A DNA stretch of 64,000 bases from a virus (Duplodnaviria; Heunggongvirae; Uroviricota; Caudoviricetes): IMG/VR virus record IMGVR_UViG_3300037067_004861, one strand, 5' to 3'. The position numbers and the translations under genes were made by a program. Under the pieces are notes generated by a model that was not told where the DNA came from, searched no databases, and worked only from the letters and a program-made list of their open reading frames with translations. Below, piece after piece: positions 42,083 through 51,537 of this stretch; positions within the stretch are counted from its first letter, which is position 1; every line of letters starts with the position of its first letter.

Positions 42083-44389
42083 TTATTCTTTCTTTAGTTT
42101 CGACTTCAAATCCCCAAGAGTCAGAGATTGTAAATCCCTTTTCTGTTTAAGATTAGTTAGAACCAGTTCGTCCGTGGGGAGATGAATAAGATCAATAATA
42201 GTGGCTCCTCTATTCGTGTCCATTCCGATACGGTGGATTCGGTCTTCCGATTGGATACGTGATTCGCCATTAAAATCATTACTGTAATAGATAATAACGG
42301 GGGAGGCCGTTAGGGTTATACCCATCCCCGCCGCACCAGGTTGACCGATGAAAGCAATCCGTGGATACTTTTCCAGTTCGTCTTGGAAGTTGCTAAGCGG
42401 ATCACCGGGGATATTACTATGCCATCCACGCCCGTCAACCCTGATCCAGGCCCAACCATTGGCCTCACAAATCGCGACAATCCTGTCAACGCTGCCAGTG
42501 AAACCCCCATAGATGACAACTCGGCCAATCTCCATGTATTCATCGAGTAATTCGCACAATGCCTCTTCCTTTGGAGTCTCAATGAATTGAGCCGTGCGTT
42601 CGTGGACTTTCCGCGTCCCCTTACCGCCACAGCCATCACAATCCACATATTCGAGTTGATTTTGTAGATCAGTCTCGTTTGGCCGGGAATCCTCTGGCAG
42701 ATTGGCATTAAGCATCGGGTTCTTAATGGTGCCCTTGCCATTGCAAACAGGGCAGGTTTCCGTACCGACTTCTTTCTCAACATATTGGAAGCCATCGCTT
42801 AGTTCCCTCAATAATGTTAATCCCGCCACAACAGTATGGGATGTTTCAATGATAGTATTAGCAATATCAATGATAGACTGAGAGGGCGGGAGATTGATAA
42901 TTTTGTAGATTTTGTCAGGAAGGTCAATAAAATCCTTCTTGAACTGAACAAGAACCAACCCCTTCATACGCTCATGTAATTTGTAAACCTCGTTCTCCGA
43001 GGGCGTATATGGGTGGTCACAATCAGTGTGGTCATCATAGTAACCACCGCAGATGGAACACTTCTTTTCGTCATCAAGCCAAGAAACAATAGTTGGGTAA
43101 GCCTGCCCGAAAGCAGAGTCATTCTTTTTAATGATAGCTAAACGCTGCCTAAACTTATGGTAGTCGCCCTCTTTCAGGAAACCAGGACAAGCTATCTTGC
43201 ATTGTTGGAACCAGTCTGCCGGACTCTTTGGGGCAGGGGAACCAGTTAATAAGAGAATAAAAGCGGACTCTCCCCAGTAGTTTCTGACAATCTCTGCTAG
43301 TTCATAAGCAGCCACGGATCGTTGAGCCGTTGGGTTCTTTGTCCTAGATGATTCATCGAAGACAATACCCATTGGGATATCACAATCCCTAATGTGATTC
43401 TTACTGACTTTAACTAACTCATTGTAGGTTAATAGCCGTGGATTGATTTTACAATCCCAAACTTTGAACTCCCTGCTTACCCCTCTTAAAGCAGACCGTG
43501 GAGCAGCATACCACCAGTTAGGATTGCCAGACCGCTCCATTGCCTCGATCGTTGCCAAGGTTTTACCGCAGTTATGTACAACGATACCATTAGCAAGGAA
43601 ACTATGATATGGTTCTTCACAAACAATATCATAAACAGAGGAGTAACCAACTGGTTTCACAGATACAACGAAATCATAGTATAGTGTATGTTGGCTACTA
43701 TCATAGACATTCATACTTGTTCTTACTACATCACCAGGAACTAAATCCTTTGCTTCCTTGTATTCATCATAGTTAAAACTTATTTCATGGTCCGGTGTGA
43801 CACGCAGAACATATCCACGCTCGGTGGTTATTTCTACTACCTCCTTGAAACCCTTAAAAATTACGTCTTTAACATCAGCCTTGGCTCGTTTGCCTTGGCT
43901 GTCAAAAGTCCTAATTCTATATCTATTAGTATGGGCTTTCTGATGGAATAAGAAATTAAATTTCTCCAAAGTCCACTTAGCTACGTTAGTTTTATTTCCA
44001 CCAAAAATCTCTACTATCGCGGCTCCATCCACACACCCCATCTCACCAGCATAAACTACTTGCTTATAAGTAAGCATGAAGTCAGCGGCATAACGCTGAT
44101 TGATATACAACGGTCGGACATAATCATGTTGAATGATAGGCTTATCATATTTACCATAAACATCCACACCTTGAAGATATTTTAATCTAAAAGCATTATG
44201 ACTGGAGTTATTGATTCTCCATATCTTTCTTGGTGGGTCGTCATAACCACACCAGTGGGCACCATCCATAGATTTTATTTCAGCTATAAGTCCCTTATTA
44301 AAGGAGAATGTCACATAGATATAGTTGTCAACGTAATCTAATGACACTGGAAACTTATATTTACCAACCCTTAATTTAGTATTTATCAT
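42083..44389 (-). CDS. SNF2-family helicase/ATPase interrupted by a mini-intein in the Walker A motif
   Basis: N-extein ...AGEMG joins C-extein CGKTLATIE to give GEMGCGKT; DEAD-like FDES; LLLTGSPAPKS (SNF2 motif III); HRIGM (motif VI). Confidence 0.7.
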   Translation of the reverse strand: MINTKLRVGKYKFPVSLDYVDNYIYVTFSFNKGLIAEIKSMDGAHWCGYDDPPRKIWRINNSSHNAFRLKYLQGVDVYGKYDKPIIQHDYVRPLYINQRYAADFMLTYKQVVYAGEMGCVDGAAIVEIFGGNKTNVAKWTLEKFNFLFHQKAHTNRYRIRTFDSQGKRAKADVKDVIFKGFKEVVEITTERGYVLRVTPDHEISFNYDEYKEAKDLVPGDVVRTSMNVYDSSQHTLYYDFVVSVKPVGYSSVYDIVCEEPYHSFLANGIVVHNCGKTLATIEAMERSGNPNWWYAAPRSALRGVSREFKVWDCKINPRLLTYNELVKVSKNHIRDCDIPMGIVFDESSRTKNPTAQRSVAAYELAEIVRNYWGESAFILLLTGSPAPKSPADWFQQCKIACPGFLKEGDYHKFRQRLAIIKKNDSAFGQAYPTIVSWLDDEKKCSICGGYYDDHTDCDHPYTPSENEVYKLHERMKGLVLVQFKKDFIDLPDKIYKIINLPPSQSIIDIANTIIETSHTVVAGLTLLRELSDGFQYVEKEVGTETCPVCNGKGTIKNPMLNANLPEDSRPNETDLQNQLEYVDCDGCGGKGTRKVHERTAQFIETPKEEALCELLDEYMEIGRVVIYGGFTGSVDRIVAICEANGWAWIRVDGRGWHSNIPGDPLSNFQDELEKYPRIAFIGQPGAAGMGITLTASPVIIYYSNDFNGESRIQSEDRIHRIGMDTNRGATIIDLIHLPTDELVLTNLKQKRDLQSLTLGDLKSKLKKE
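43571..44035 (-). mobile_element. Mini-intein (about 155 aa, no endonuclease domain evident) within the SNF2 helicase P-loop
   Basis: Starts CVDGAAIVEIFGG (block A), TPDH (block B), ends FLANGIVVHN followed by Cys+1. Confidence 0.65.
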
Positions 44390-44922
44390 GCTTTATACTC
44401 TAGCAAAAAAGTTCCATCAGCTAGGTTTTTACGGCTGTAATTACTAAAGATATACTTAAAGCCGCATTGATTAAAGAATTCTAAAGCCTTATTAAAGATA
44501 TATCTTATTTCGACATCATGCTCAATATTATCAAGTGCAGCTATTACTGCGGTACGCCATTGTAATAACGTGCCGGATATATAGGCTACTCGTTTGTGGT
44601 CATTCCTAGCCGAAATGATATTAAGATCAGATAGCTCTGATAACTTTAGAAGAGTCGTCGGTGTGGTTGTCAGTATGAAACTAAAGAATAAGTGTCGTAG
44701 TGTCGTAGATGATTTTGATAATGTGTCTACTGATTTTAATATCTTTCCAACACGAAACTCATCTAACGATACTAGGAATTTGGCATAATCTGATAAGTGC
44801 TGACCATCAATATCAACACCGCGGGACGGACTATGGCCCGTTAAATCAGATATAATCTTTAGATATTCTCCCCACATTATGGAGGAGCCTGATATTGGTA
44901 TTATGTCTGATTTAAAAGTCAT
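44386..44922 (-). CDS. Hypothetical protein
   Basis: ORF track; ATGA overlap with the helicase gene. Confidence 0.4.
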   Translation of the reverse strand: MTFKSDIIPISGSSIMWGEYLKIISDLTGHSPSRGVDIDGQHLSDYAKFLVSLDEFRVGKILKSVDTLSKSSTTLRHLFFSFILTTTPTTLLKLSELSDLNIISARNDHKRVAYISGTLLQWRTAVIAALDNIEHDVEIRYIFNKALEFFNQCGFKYIFSNYSRKNLADGTFLLEYKA

Positions 44923-45000
44923 AGTAGAAATCCATAGTAAAAATCCATAAACAGCACTAAGGGCTACCTATAAAATAGATAGCCCTTAGTTCAAATATTA

Positions 45001-45639
45001 TTATCCTCGATTACTGGAATCGTCCACCGACTCTACCTCATTCTTGGGTGGGTTGCGGAACCGTTCTAGTTCTAGCGTCAACCGTGCCAAATCAGGTGGA
45101 GTTAATGGAGTCGAACATGGTAGTGAGACTGGACCATGCCACTTATACTTATCCTTCGTGATAACCTTGGATTTCAGTGTAATACCTTGTCGAAGGTATG
45201 GTTGCATCTTCTTCGATTCACGCCTTGCCGTCTTGCTACACATAAATAGTGTTGCATACTTATTTGGACCAGGTACGTAAACTAGGTACTCGGGACCAAA
45301 CATACATCCCGAATCCGGGACATCGGACTTAGCCATAATCTCCTTGAACAGAGCGACGGAGGTATCGTACTCTACGAGAACGGCGTCACCGCTTGAGTCA
45401 ACAGCCTTCGGCCGCCAATCCGCGAGAATAATATCAACTTCCGTACCCAAGTCAGTGATGACACTATCATCAACTAATCCCCAATGTCCAATAGGGATAA
45501 GACCGTCCGTGCAGGCACCAGACTTGGCACCGAACAACTGCAGACGTGAGGGGAAAGATGAACCTCCTGACGTTACATCTTCAAAGTTTGTGAGATTACT
45601 ATTATTTTCAAAGTCCTGTGGAATTAAGTCATTACCCAT
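45001..45639 (-). CDS. Hypothetical protein (212 aa)
   Basis: ORF track. Confidence 0.45.
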   Translation of the reverse strand: MGNDLIPQDFENNSNLTNFEDVTSGGSSFPSRLQLFGAKSGACTDGLIPIGHWGLVDDSVITDLGTEVDIILADWRPKAVDSSGDAVLVEYDTSVALFKEIMAKSDVPDSGCMFGPEYLVYVPGPNKYATLFMCSKTARRESKKMQPYLRQGITLKSKVITKDKYKWHGPVSLPCSTPLTPPDLARLTLELERFRNPPKNEVESVDDSSNRG

Positions 45640-45737
45640 ATGATTTTATTATCCTTGGTTTGTGTTAAAACGGCTCGCACCGTCCTTAATTAAGCACGGT
45701 GTGAGAACTCCTTCCACACATGGTGGTTGAGCTAAAG

Positions 45738-45773
45738 CCACACCGCCCCGCCCATACAGGCGGGGTAGTGTGG
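45738..45773. other. GC-rich imperfect palindrome CCACACCGCCCCGCC-catacag-GGCGGGGTAGTGTGG inside a roughly 180-bp GC-rich non-coding island; candidate parS-like site or structured RNA
   Basis: Direct reading; further hairpins at 45676..45702. Confidence 0.4.
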
Positions 45774-45821
45774 AAACTTGAAATACTTTCCAAAGTGTGC
45801 CATTACTGGCATGGAAAGTTA

Positions 45822-46769
45822 TTAACCCTCAAGTAGCTTCGCGGCTTCCGCAGCAGCCTCATCAGCACGCTTCTTGGCACGCTCAATTTGACGACGCTTC
45901 TTGGCATCCTCAACCTGGCGACGCTTCTCATTGTACTCAGCTTCCTGCTGGGCCAAGCTAATGGGGTCAAGATTAATGGCGAAAGCAACACCTAACCTAA
46001 ATCCATCAACGGCGGTGGTCGCACCGACCTGGTCGCACATCGCACGACCGACTTCACCCTGCTCCAACTCCGTCTTTAGCTCCGCCATCTTGCGGGCATG
46101 TGGGACTGGGGTAAACGAAGGAGCCGATGCCTCACGGCCTTCCTTGACTGCCTGTCGTAACTCAGCGATCCGAGCCTGCACCGTAGCCACGAACTCAGCC
46201 GGGGCCGTCGTCATCGCGGAATCAACAAAGTTAAGTTGCTCTTCCGGCGGGAGCTTAGCAAGAATGACGGCATTGCTAACTGTGATTTTACCATCATCCA
46301 CAAGAGGCTGGACCCGCTCATCCAACTTGAGCAGACCCAAACGCTGGCTGACCCATGACGAACTCTTGGCCAGATGTTGGGCCATCTCCGAAACCGTCAT
46401 GGTCGGATTGCTGGCGAAAATCCGTTGAAGTTGCTTCGTGTACTCAACGGGGCGAGTCTCAATCGTATGGATGTTAGCCATAATCTGAGCTTCGAGGACT
46501 TCGGAATCGTCTAGAGAGACGATGTTTACCGGAATCTCGTCGAGGCCAAGATCAAGAACAGCCGAGAATCGGTGAAGGCCATCAACTAACTCATAATACG
46601 AGATAGTGTCGCCATCAACCTCTTCCGTCTTGCTTCGCACGCTGATAGGATTCAACAGGCCACTACGGGCGATTGAATCACGAAGACCAACATAACCCTC
46701 CGACTCACTGTTCACGGCACGCAACGCAACTGGATTTTTCCGAATCTCGCTGACCTTAATAACACTCAT
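45822..46769 (-). CDS. ParB/Spo0J-like protein (nuclease/CTPase N-domain, HTH, basic C-terminus)
   Basis: YELVDGLHRFSA (ParB box); C-terminal KKRRQIERAKKRADE. Confidence 0.6.
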   Translation of the reverse strand: MSVIKVSEIRKNPVALRAVNSESEGYVGLRDSIARSGLLNPISVRSKTEEVDGDTISYYELVDGLHRFSAVLDLGLDEIPVNIVSLDDSEVLEAQIMANIHTIETRPVEYTKQLQRIFASNPTMTVSEMAQHLAKSSSWVSQRLGLLKLDERVQPLVDDGKITVSNAVILAKLPPEEQLNFVDSAMTTAPAEFVATVQARIAELRQAVKEGREASAPSFTPVPHARKMAELKTELEQGEVGRAMCDQVGATTAVDGFRLGVAFAINLDPISLAQQEAEYNEKRRQVEDAKKRRQIERAKKRADEAAAEAAKLLEG

Positions 46770-46846
46770 CTTAGAAACCTCTTTTAAAGAGAAAAGAAAA
46801 TGATTTTAGTCTCACTTACTAAAATCATACAATACACGGAGTTGAT

Positions 46847-47272
46847 AATAATATCAAAGATCGAAATGTCGAAATATCAATATCAAATGGCAATAATCAA
46901 TATCAAAATAAAACCTACATAAAAGCCCGGTAGCAATACATATAGGACATATACGCCTATACTGCGGCGTCAAAACCCATAAAATAAGAAAACCTTTTCC
47001 CCTTTCCCTACAGGGCCTTCTCCTCTTCAATTAGCCCCTGGGGCAGAATAGGAATAGTTTTCTTATTTTATTCGACCATACAACCGTTAGATACCCTATA
47101 TGTATACGTACCCCCAACTTACGAAAGGTTTGGGCATCCGGACGCCACAACACAACAATATAGATGAATAAGACTTCCATAAATGATATTGATTATTTCA
47201 ATTTGATTTTGATATTTTGGTTTTTCGTATTTTGATATTATTATCATTCCACCTATTAGTGATATTATTATC
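46847..47272. promoter_or_regulatory. Origin-like divergent intergenic region: AATATCAA/ATCAATATCA iterons (46847..46908), the same iterons inverted (47184..47240), central nested inverted repeats, 2x GATATTATTATCAT before the primase ATG
   Basis: Direct reading; lies between the parB-like gene and the primase-helicase gene. Confidence 0.55.
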
Positions 47273-50017
47273 ATGCCAACTAAAAGTAAAGCCATTTCCG
47301 CCTTCCTAAAATCACATACGCATAGTGATTTAGCAGCATTATACAACCTTGGGATGGAAGTCCAAGTTAATGTTGCGCAGGATTCGGGTGATCCCATAGA
47401 GGGAGAATCCGGCTATACAGGGCGGATGTGGAGAGGATATAGTGATGGCATCCAAACTTGGAAACCATTTCGTATACCATGGAATGCCAAAGTATCACCT
47501 GAGTATTCTGAGACTACTATCAAAAATGGAGTCGAGAGGCCAAAACAACTTACTTGGGATTTAGCCCAACATGCCGAAGGTATAGGAATGACCGGGTGGT
47601 GTTGGACTGAGCGCGTATCAAAGTGGGTTGCTTTCGATTTTGATAATATTGCCGCACACCCCTCTTCTGGTATTTCCGCTGCAGAATTACAGCAAATTCA
47701 AGAAGCCACCTGTAAGATACCGTGGATTACTATTAGGAAATCCACGAGTGGACAGGGATTGCATCTCTATGTGTTCCTAGATAATGTACCTACAGAAAAT
47801 CATACCGAACATGCAGCCTTAGCTAGAGCTATTCTAGGTAAGATGACAGCTACCACTGGCTTTGCTTTTGATAGTAAAGTCGATATCTGTGGTGGTAATA
47901 TGTGGGTATGGCACAGGAAGATGGCAGGCACGGATGGCCTTACCCCGATCAAGGTAGGCAGAACGCTGATTGATATTCCTGTCAATTGGAAAGACCATCT
48001 CCCTGTAATCCAAGGGAAACGACGTAAAAATCTCCCCCATTATGTGGAAGGACAAGACCTAGATCAGTTTGAACAACTCACCGGACAACGGCCGCGAGTG
48101 AAATTGGATGAAGGTCATAAGAAATTATTATCATATTTAGATGAAATTAAGGCACAGTGGTGGTATGATAATGATAATCATTTATTAGTCTGCCATACTT
48201 TCGATCTCAAACGTGCCCATGGCGAGTTAAAATTACGTGGTATTTTTGAGACTTTAGCTACAGGACATAGCGGTGCGGCTCAAGGAGCAGACCACAATTG
48301 TTTTTGTGCCCCCTTAGAACATCCAGAAGGAGCCTGGGTAGTGCGACGCTTCCATCCCGGGGAACAGGAACACCAAACATGGTCTCAGGATGTTTCTGGG
48401 TGGACTAAATGTTATTTTAACAGGGAACCTACGTTAGATACTGCCGCCCGTGCCTTCAAAGGAATCGAAGGTGAGCGGGGAGAATTCTTCTTCAATGACG
48501 CAAAAACCGCATCTACTGCTCTGCAAACCGTAGGAACCACTCTTAAACTACCGTCGTGGGCTGAGAATAGGGATACTATTATCAAACCACACAAGGACGG
48601 TAAGAGATTGATAGTCAAAATCAAAAGAGAAAGTACGGATAGATACGACGATATTGACGGTTGGAGAGAAGATAAGGGGTTTTGGACTAAGATTTTTGAC
48701 GCTAGATTAGCACAATCGGAGTCCTCGGAACCCCAGAATTATGATGGATTCATTAGACATATTGTGTCATGTGAGAGAAAAGATGCAGGTTGGTCTATTC
48801 GTTCTGAAAACCAATGGCATGATGAACCACTCACTCACATTAAATTAGCTCTTAAATCAGTTGGATTATCCGACCCCGATGTTAATAAGACATTAGGGAA
48901 CTGTATTTTGAATGGTTGGATTCTTGTTAATAAACCATTCCAACCAGAGTATCCCGGTAATCGTGAATGGAATAGAAACGCTGCCCAACTACGTTACACT
49001 CCGCAGCAAGAAGAACCATTTAAACACCCAACATGGGACCGTGTATTAAACCATGCGGGTTCTGGTTTTGATATTGCTATCAAACATGATGGTTGGTGTC
49101 AAGCCAATGGTATAAGTAATGGTGGTGATTATTTAAGATTGTGGGTTGCGTCATTAGTACAAGAACCCGCAGTACGGCTTCCTTATATTTTCTTATATAG
49201 TCCTGAACAAAAGACAGGTAAATCAACACTACACGAAGCCCTCCAACTTCTTGTAACCCGTGAAGGTTATATAAAGGTCAATCATGCCTTGTTGAGTGAG
49301 GGTGGTTTCAATGGTGAAATGGTTAGTGCCGTTTTATGTGCATTAGATGAGTGCGATTTACGCAAGAATAAACAAGCTAAGAATAGAATGAAGGATTGGG
49401 TTACGTCGCGTGATATCACAATCCATGCTAAAAATGGTACACCATATCTTATTCAAAACGTAACGCATTTTATCCATACTGGTAATGACCCTGCGGAATG
49501 TGATATTACCACTGGTGATACGCGAGTAAGTTTCAGTAGGGTTCCTATACTCAAAGCAGAAGAATTAATTCCAAGGGACACACTTTTCTCATTACTAGAA
49601 CGTGAAGCATCGGCCTTTATTGCTACACTATTGAAGGTAGAACTACCCCCATTAGTGGATAGGTTAGGTGTCCCAGTCATTGAGACATTGGAAAAGCGTA
49701 TTAGTGCCCAGTCTAATCAAGATGAGTTCCATACTTGGTTGGATGAATGTACCTTCCGAGTACCTGGGGAAAGCATTCGTTATAGTGACTTTTACGCGAA
49801 ATTCGTGAACTGGCTCGATCCATCAGATGCAATGAACTGGTCTAAGATTCGTGTTGGTAAGAATCTACCTACTGATTGCCCTAAAGGTCGGTTATCAGCG
49901 GACGGTAGTCAATACCATATTGCCAATATCTCTTTCACTGAACCAGTTCCACAACAACTAGCACAACCAAAATATGTCCTCCGTGGTGAAGTATTGGTAT
50001 TGGAGGATAAACTATGA
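47273..50017 (+). CDS. Bifunctional primase-polymerase / SF3 (D5/P4-alpha-like) helicase
   Basis: Prim-pol motif TSGQGLHLYVFL; Walker A SPEQKTGKST in the C-terminal half. Confidence 0.7.
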   Translation: MPTKSKAISAFLKSHTHSDLAALYNLGMEVQVNVAQDSGDPIEGESGYTGRMWRGYSDGIQTWKPFRIPWNAKVSPEYSETTIKNGVERPKQLTWDLAQHAEGIGMTGWCWTERVSKWVAFDFDNIAAHPSSGISAAELQQIQEATCKIPWITIRKSTSGQGLHLYVFLDNVPTENHTEHAALARAILGKMTATTGFAFDSKVDICGGNMWVWHRKMAGTDGLTPIKVGRTLIDIPVNWKDHLPVIQGKRRKNLPHYVEGQDLDQFEQLTGQRPRVKLDEGHKKLLSYLDEIKAQWWYDNDNHLLVCHTFDLKRAHGELKLRGIFETLATGHSGAAQGADHNCFCAPLEHPEGAWVVRRFHPGEQEHQTWSQDVSGWTKCYFNREPTLDTAARAFKGIEGERGEFFFNDAKTASTALQTVGTTLKLPSWAENRDTIIKPHKDGKRLIVKIKRESTDRYDDIDGWREDKGFWTKIFDARLAQSESSEPQNYDGFIRHIVSCERKDAGWSIRSENQWHDEPLTHIKLALKSVGLSDPDVNKTLGNCILNGWILVNKPFQPEYPGNREWNRNAAQLRYTPQQEEPFKHPTWDRVLNHAGSGFDIAIKHDGWCQANGISNGGDYLRLWVASLVQEPAVRLPYIFLYSPEQKTGKSTLHEALQLLVTREGYIKVNHALLSEGGFNGEMVSAVLCALDECDLRKNKQAKNRMKDWVTSRDITIHAKNGTPYLIQNVTHFIHTGNDPAECDITTGDTRVSFSRVPILKAEELIPRDTLFSLLEREASAFIATLLKVELPPLVDRLGVPVIETLEKRISAQSNQDEFHTWLDECTFRVPGESIRYSDFYAKFVNWLDPSDAMNWSKIRVGKNLPTDCPKGRLSADGSQYHIANISFTEPVPQQLAQPKYVLRGEVLVLEDKL

Positions 50018-50223
50018 ACCTGCAAAAGATTATAGAATCATTGAATCAATCCCAGCGGGCTCAATTAATGACGGCTTTCAACCATCATTTTACACAGCGT
50101 GTTGTCTTTCCAGATAACACATTTATTGGAGTTAATATCGTGCCCGGTCCTGATATTTTAATCACCGAGCAAACAGGGTGTTGGTCCATTGGTAAAATTC
50201 TGAGGAGAAAGCCGTGTCAATAA
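50014..50223 (+). CDS. Hypothetical protein
   Basis: ORF track; 4-nt overlap with the primase gene. Confidence 0.35.
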   Translation: MNLQKIIESLNQSQRAQLMTAFNHHFTQRVVFPDNTFIGVNIVPGPDILITEQTGCWSIGKILRRKPCQ

Positions 50224-50777
50224 TCTTAGGTATTGGTTATAAAAAAGGGTCAGGGAAGAATACCCTTGGTAAATTAATAAACACATATCTCCAACGATGT
50301 TGTGGAAAATGTGTTACTAAACAGGTATCCTTTGCAGAGAAACTAAAGGATATTAGTTACCAACTCTATGGATGGGCTGGTTTGAAGCGTGGGATATACT
50401 ATGAAACCCATTATGACGAGAAAGAAGTAGAACTACCACAACTTGATTTAACTCCAAGAGACATATGGATTGGCGTTGGTAATGGAATGCGTGGAGTTTA
50501 TACTGACACATGGATTAACTATGCCTTACATGGTGTCAAGGCAAACGTGGTCTTAATAACAGATATGGGTTTCACTAATGAAGCCACTGCTATTAAGAAG
50601 GCAGGTGGTTTCACCTGTAAAATTACTAGAGAAGGAATCCCAAGGGGCATGGATGCCCGTGAGACAGAGTTAGATTCATGGACTAATTGGGATTTTAAAA
50701 TCAATAACAATGGTGGACTAAGTGATCTAAATCATCAGGCAGAAGCGATAGGTAATTTTATCTTGGAGAAGATATGA
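50214..50777 (+). CDS. P-loop kinase, T4 gp1-like deoxynucleoside monophosphate kinase candidate
   Basis: GIGYKKGSGKNTL P-loop at the N-terminus. Confidence 0.5.
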   Translation: MSIILGIGYKKGSGKNTLGKLINTYLQRCCGKCVTKQVSFAEKLKDISYQLYGWAGLKRGIYYETHYDEKEVELPQLDLTPRDIWIGVGNGMRGVYTDTWINYALHGVKANVVLITDMGFTNEATAIKKAGGFTCKITREGIPRGMDARETELDSWTNWDFKINNNGGLSDLNHQAEAIGNFILEKI

Positions 50778-50980
50778 TCGAGAATAGACAGAAATTCATT
50801 TTAGTGGGTGGTCCATTCACTAGTGATATCCACTATATTAAGAACCCACCCAAAAAGTATGTGGTTCCGATGCCTACGAATCCCCACTACTATTTTGCAG
50901 TTTATATTGTCACAAGAGAGTATACTCGACTTGGCGAACGCATAGCTATTTTCTCCCACTGTAAGAAGAGACAACAATGA
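50774..50980 (+). CDS. Hypothetical protein
   Basis: ORF track. Confidence 0.3.
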   Translation: MIENRQKFILVGGPFTSDIHYIKNPPKKYVVPMPTNPHYYFAVYIVTREYTRLGERIAIFSHCKKRQQ

Positions 50981-51537
50981 ACAGAAACCGATTAGCCTAC
51001 ACCCGTGGCTACCTATGTGGGGCCATGGATCGAGTCCAAGACGGGGGTATTGGATGGCGAAAAGATATTCAACGAGTCTTCAAGAACTATAAAATCCAAT
51101 GGATGGACCCGTCCAATAAGCCAATAGATATTGGTATTGAAGACTTAGAGAATAGAGCCTACCGGCGTAAATGCAAGGAAGCCGGTAGATATGATATGGT
51201 TCAAACTGATATGAAAATCATTCGTTGCGTTGATCTCCGGATGGTTGATATCAGTGACTTCATCGTTGTCAATCTCGATACATCTGTACACGCTTGCGGG
51301 ACTTATGAAGAGTTGACTTGGGCTAATCGTGGAAAGAAACCAATCATAATTAGAGTAGAGCAGGGTAAGTCCGATTGTCCAGATTGGATTCTAGGAACCA
51401 TACCACATGAGATGATCTTCTCGACATGGGCCGAGGTATACTCTTATCTCAAGCATGTTGCCAGAGACGATTATTTCGAGACTTTCCGGCGGTGGTGTTT
51501 CTTTGACTTCCATGGAGAAAAAGAATGCAGTACCTAG
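50977..51537 (+). CDS. Nucleoside 2-deoxyribosyltransferase / DNPH1(Rcl)-like N-glycosidase-fold protein
   Basis: GYLCGAMD ... VVNLDTSVHACGTYEELTWANRGKKPII matches the NDT-fold motifs. Confidence 0.45.
   Translation: MNRNRLAYTRGYLCGAMDRVQDGGIGWRKDIQRVFKNYKIQWMDPSNKPIDIGIEDLENRAYRRKCKEAGRYDMVQTDMKIIRCVDLRMVDISDFIVVNLDTSVHACGTYEELTWANRGKKPIIIRVEQGKSDCPDWILGTIPHEMIFSTWAEVYSYLKHVARDDYFETFRRWCFFDFHGEKECST

Noticed and set aside
45738-45773. GC-rich palindrome as an intrinsic terminator
   Set aside because: No U-tract follows on either strand. It is kept as a candidate protein-binding site or structured RNA instead.
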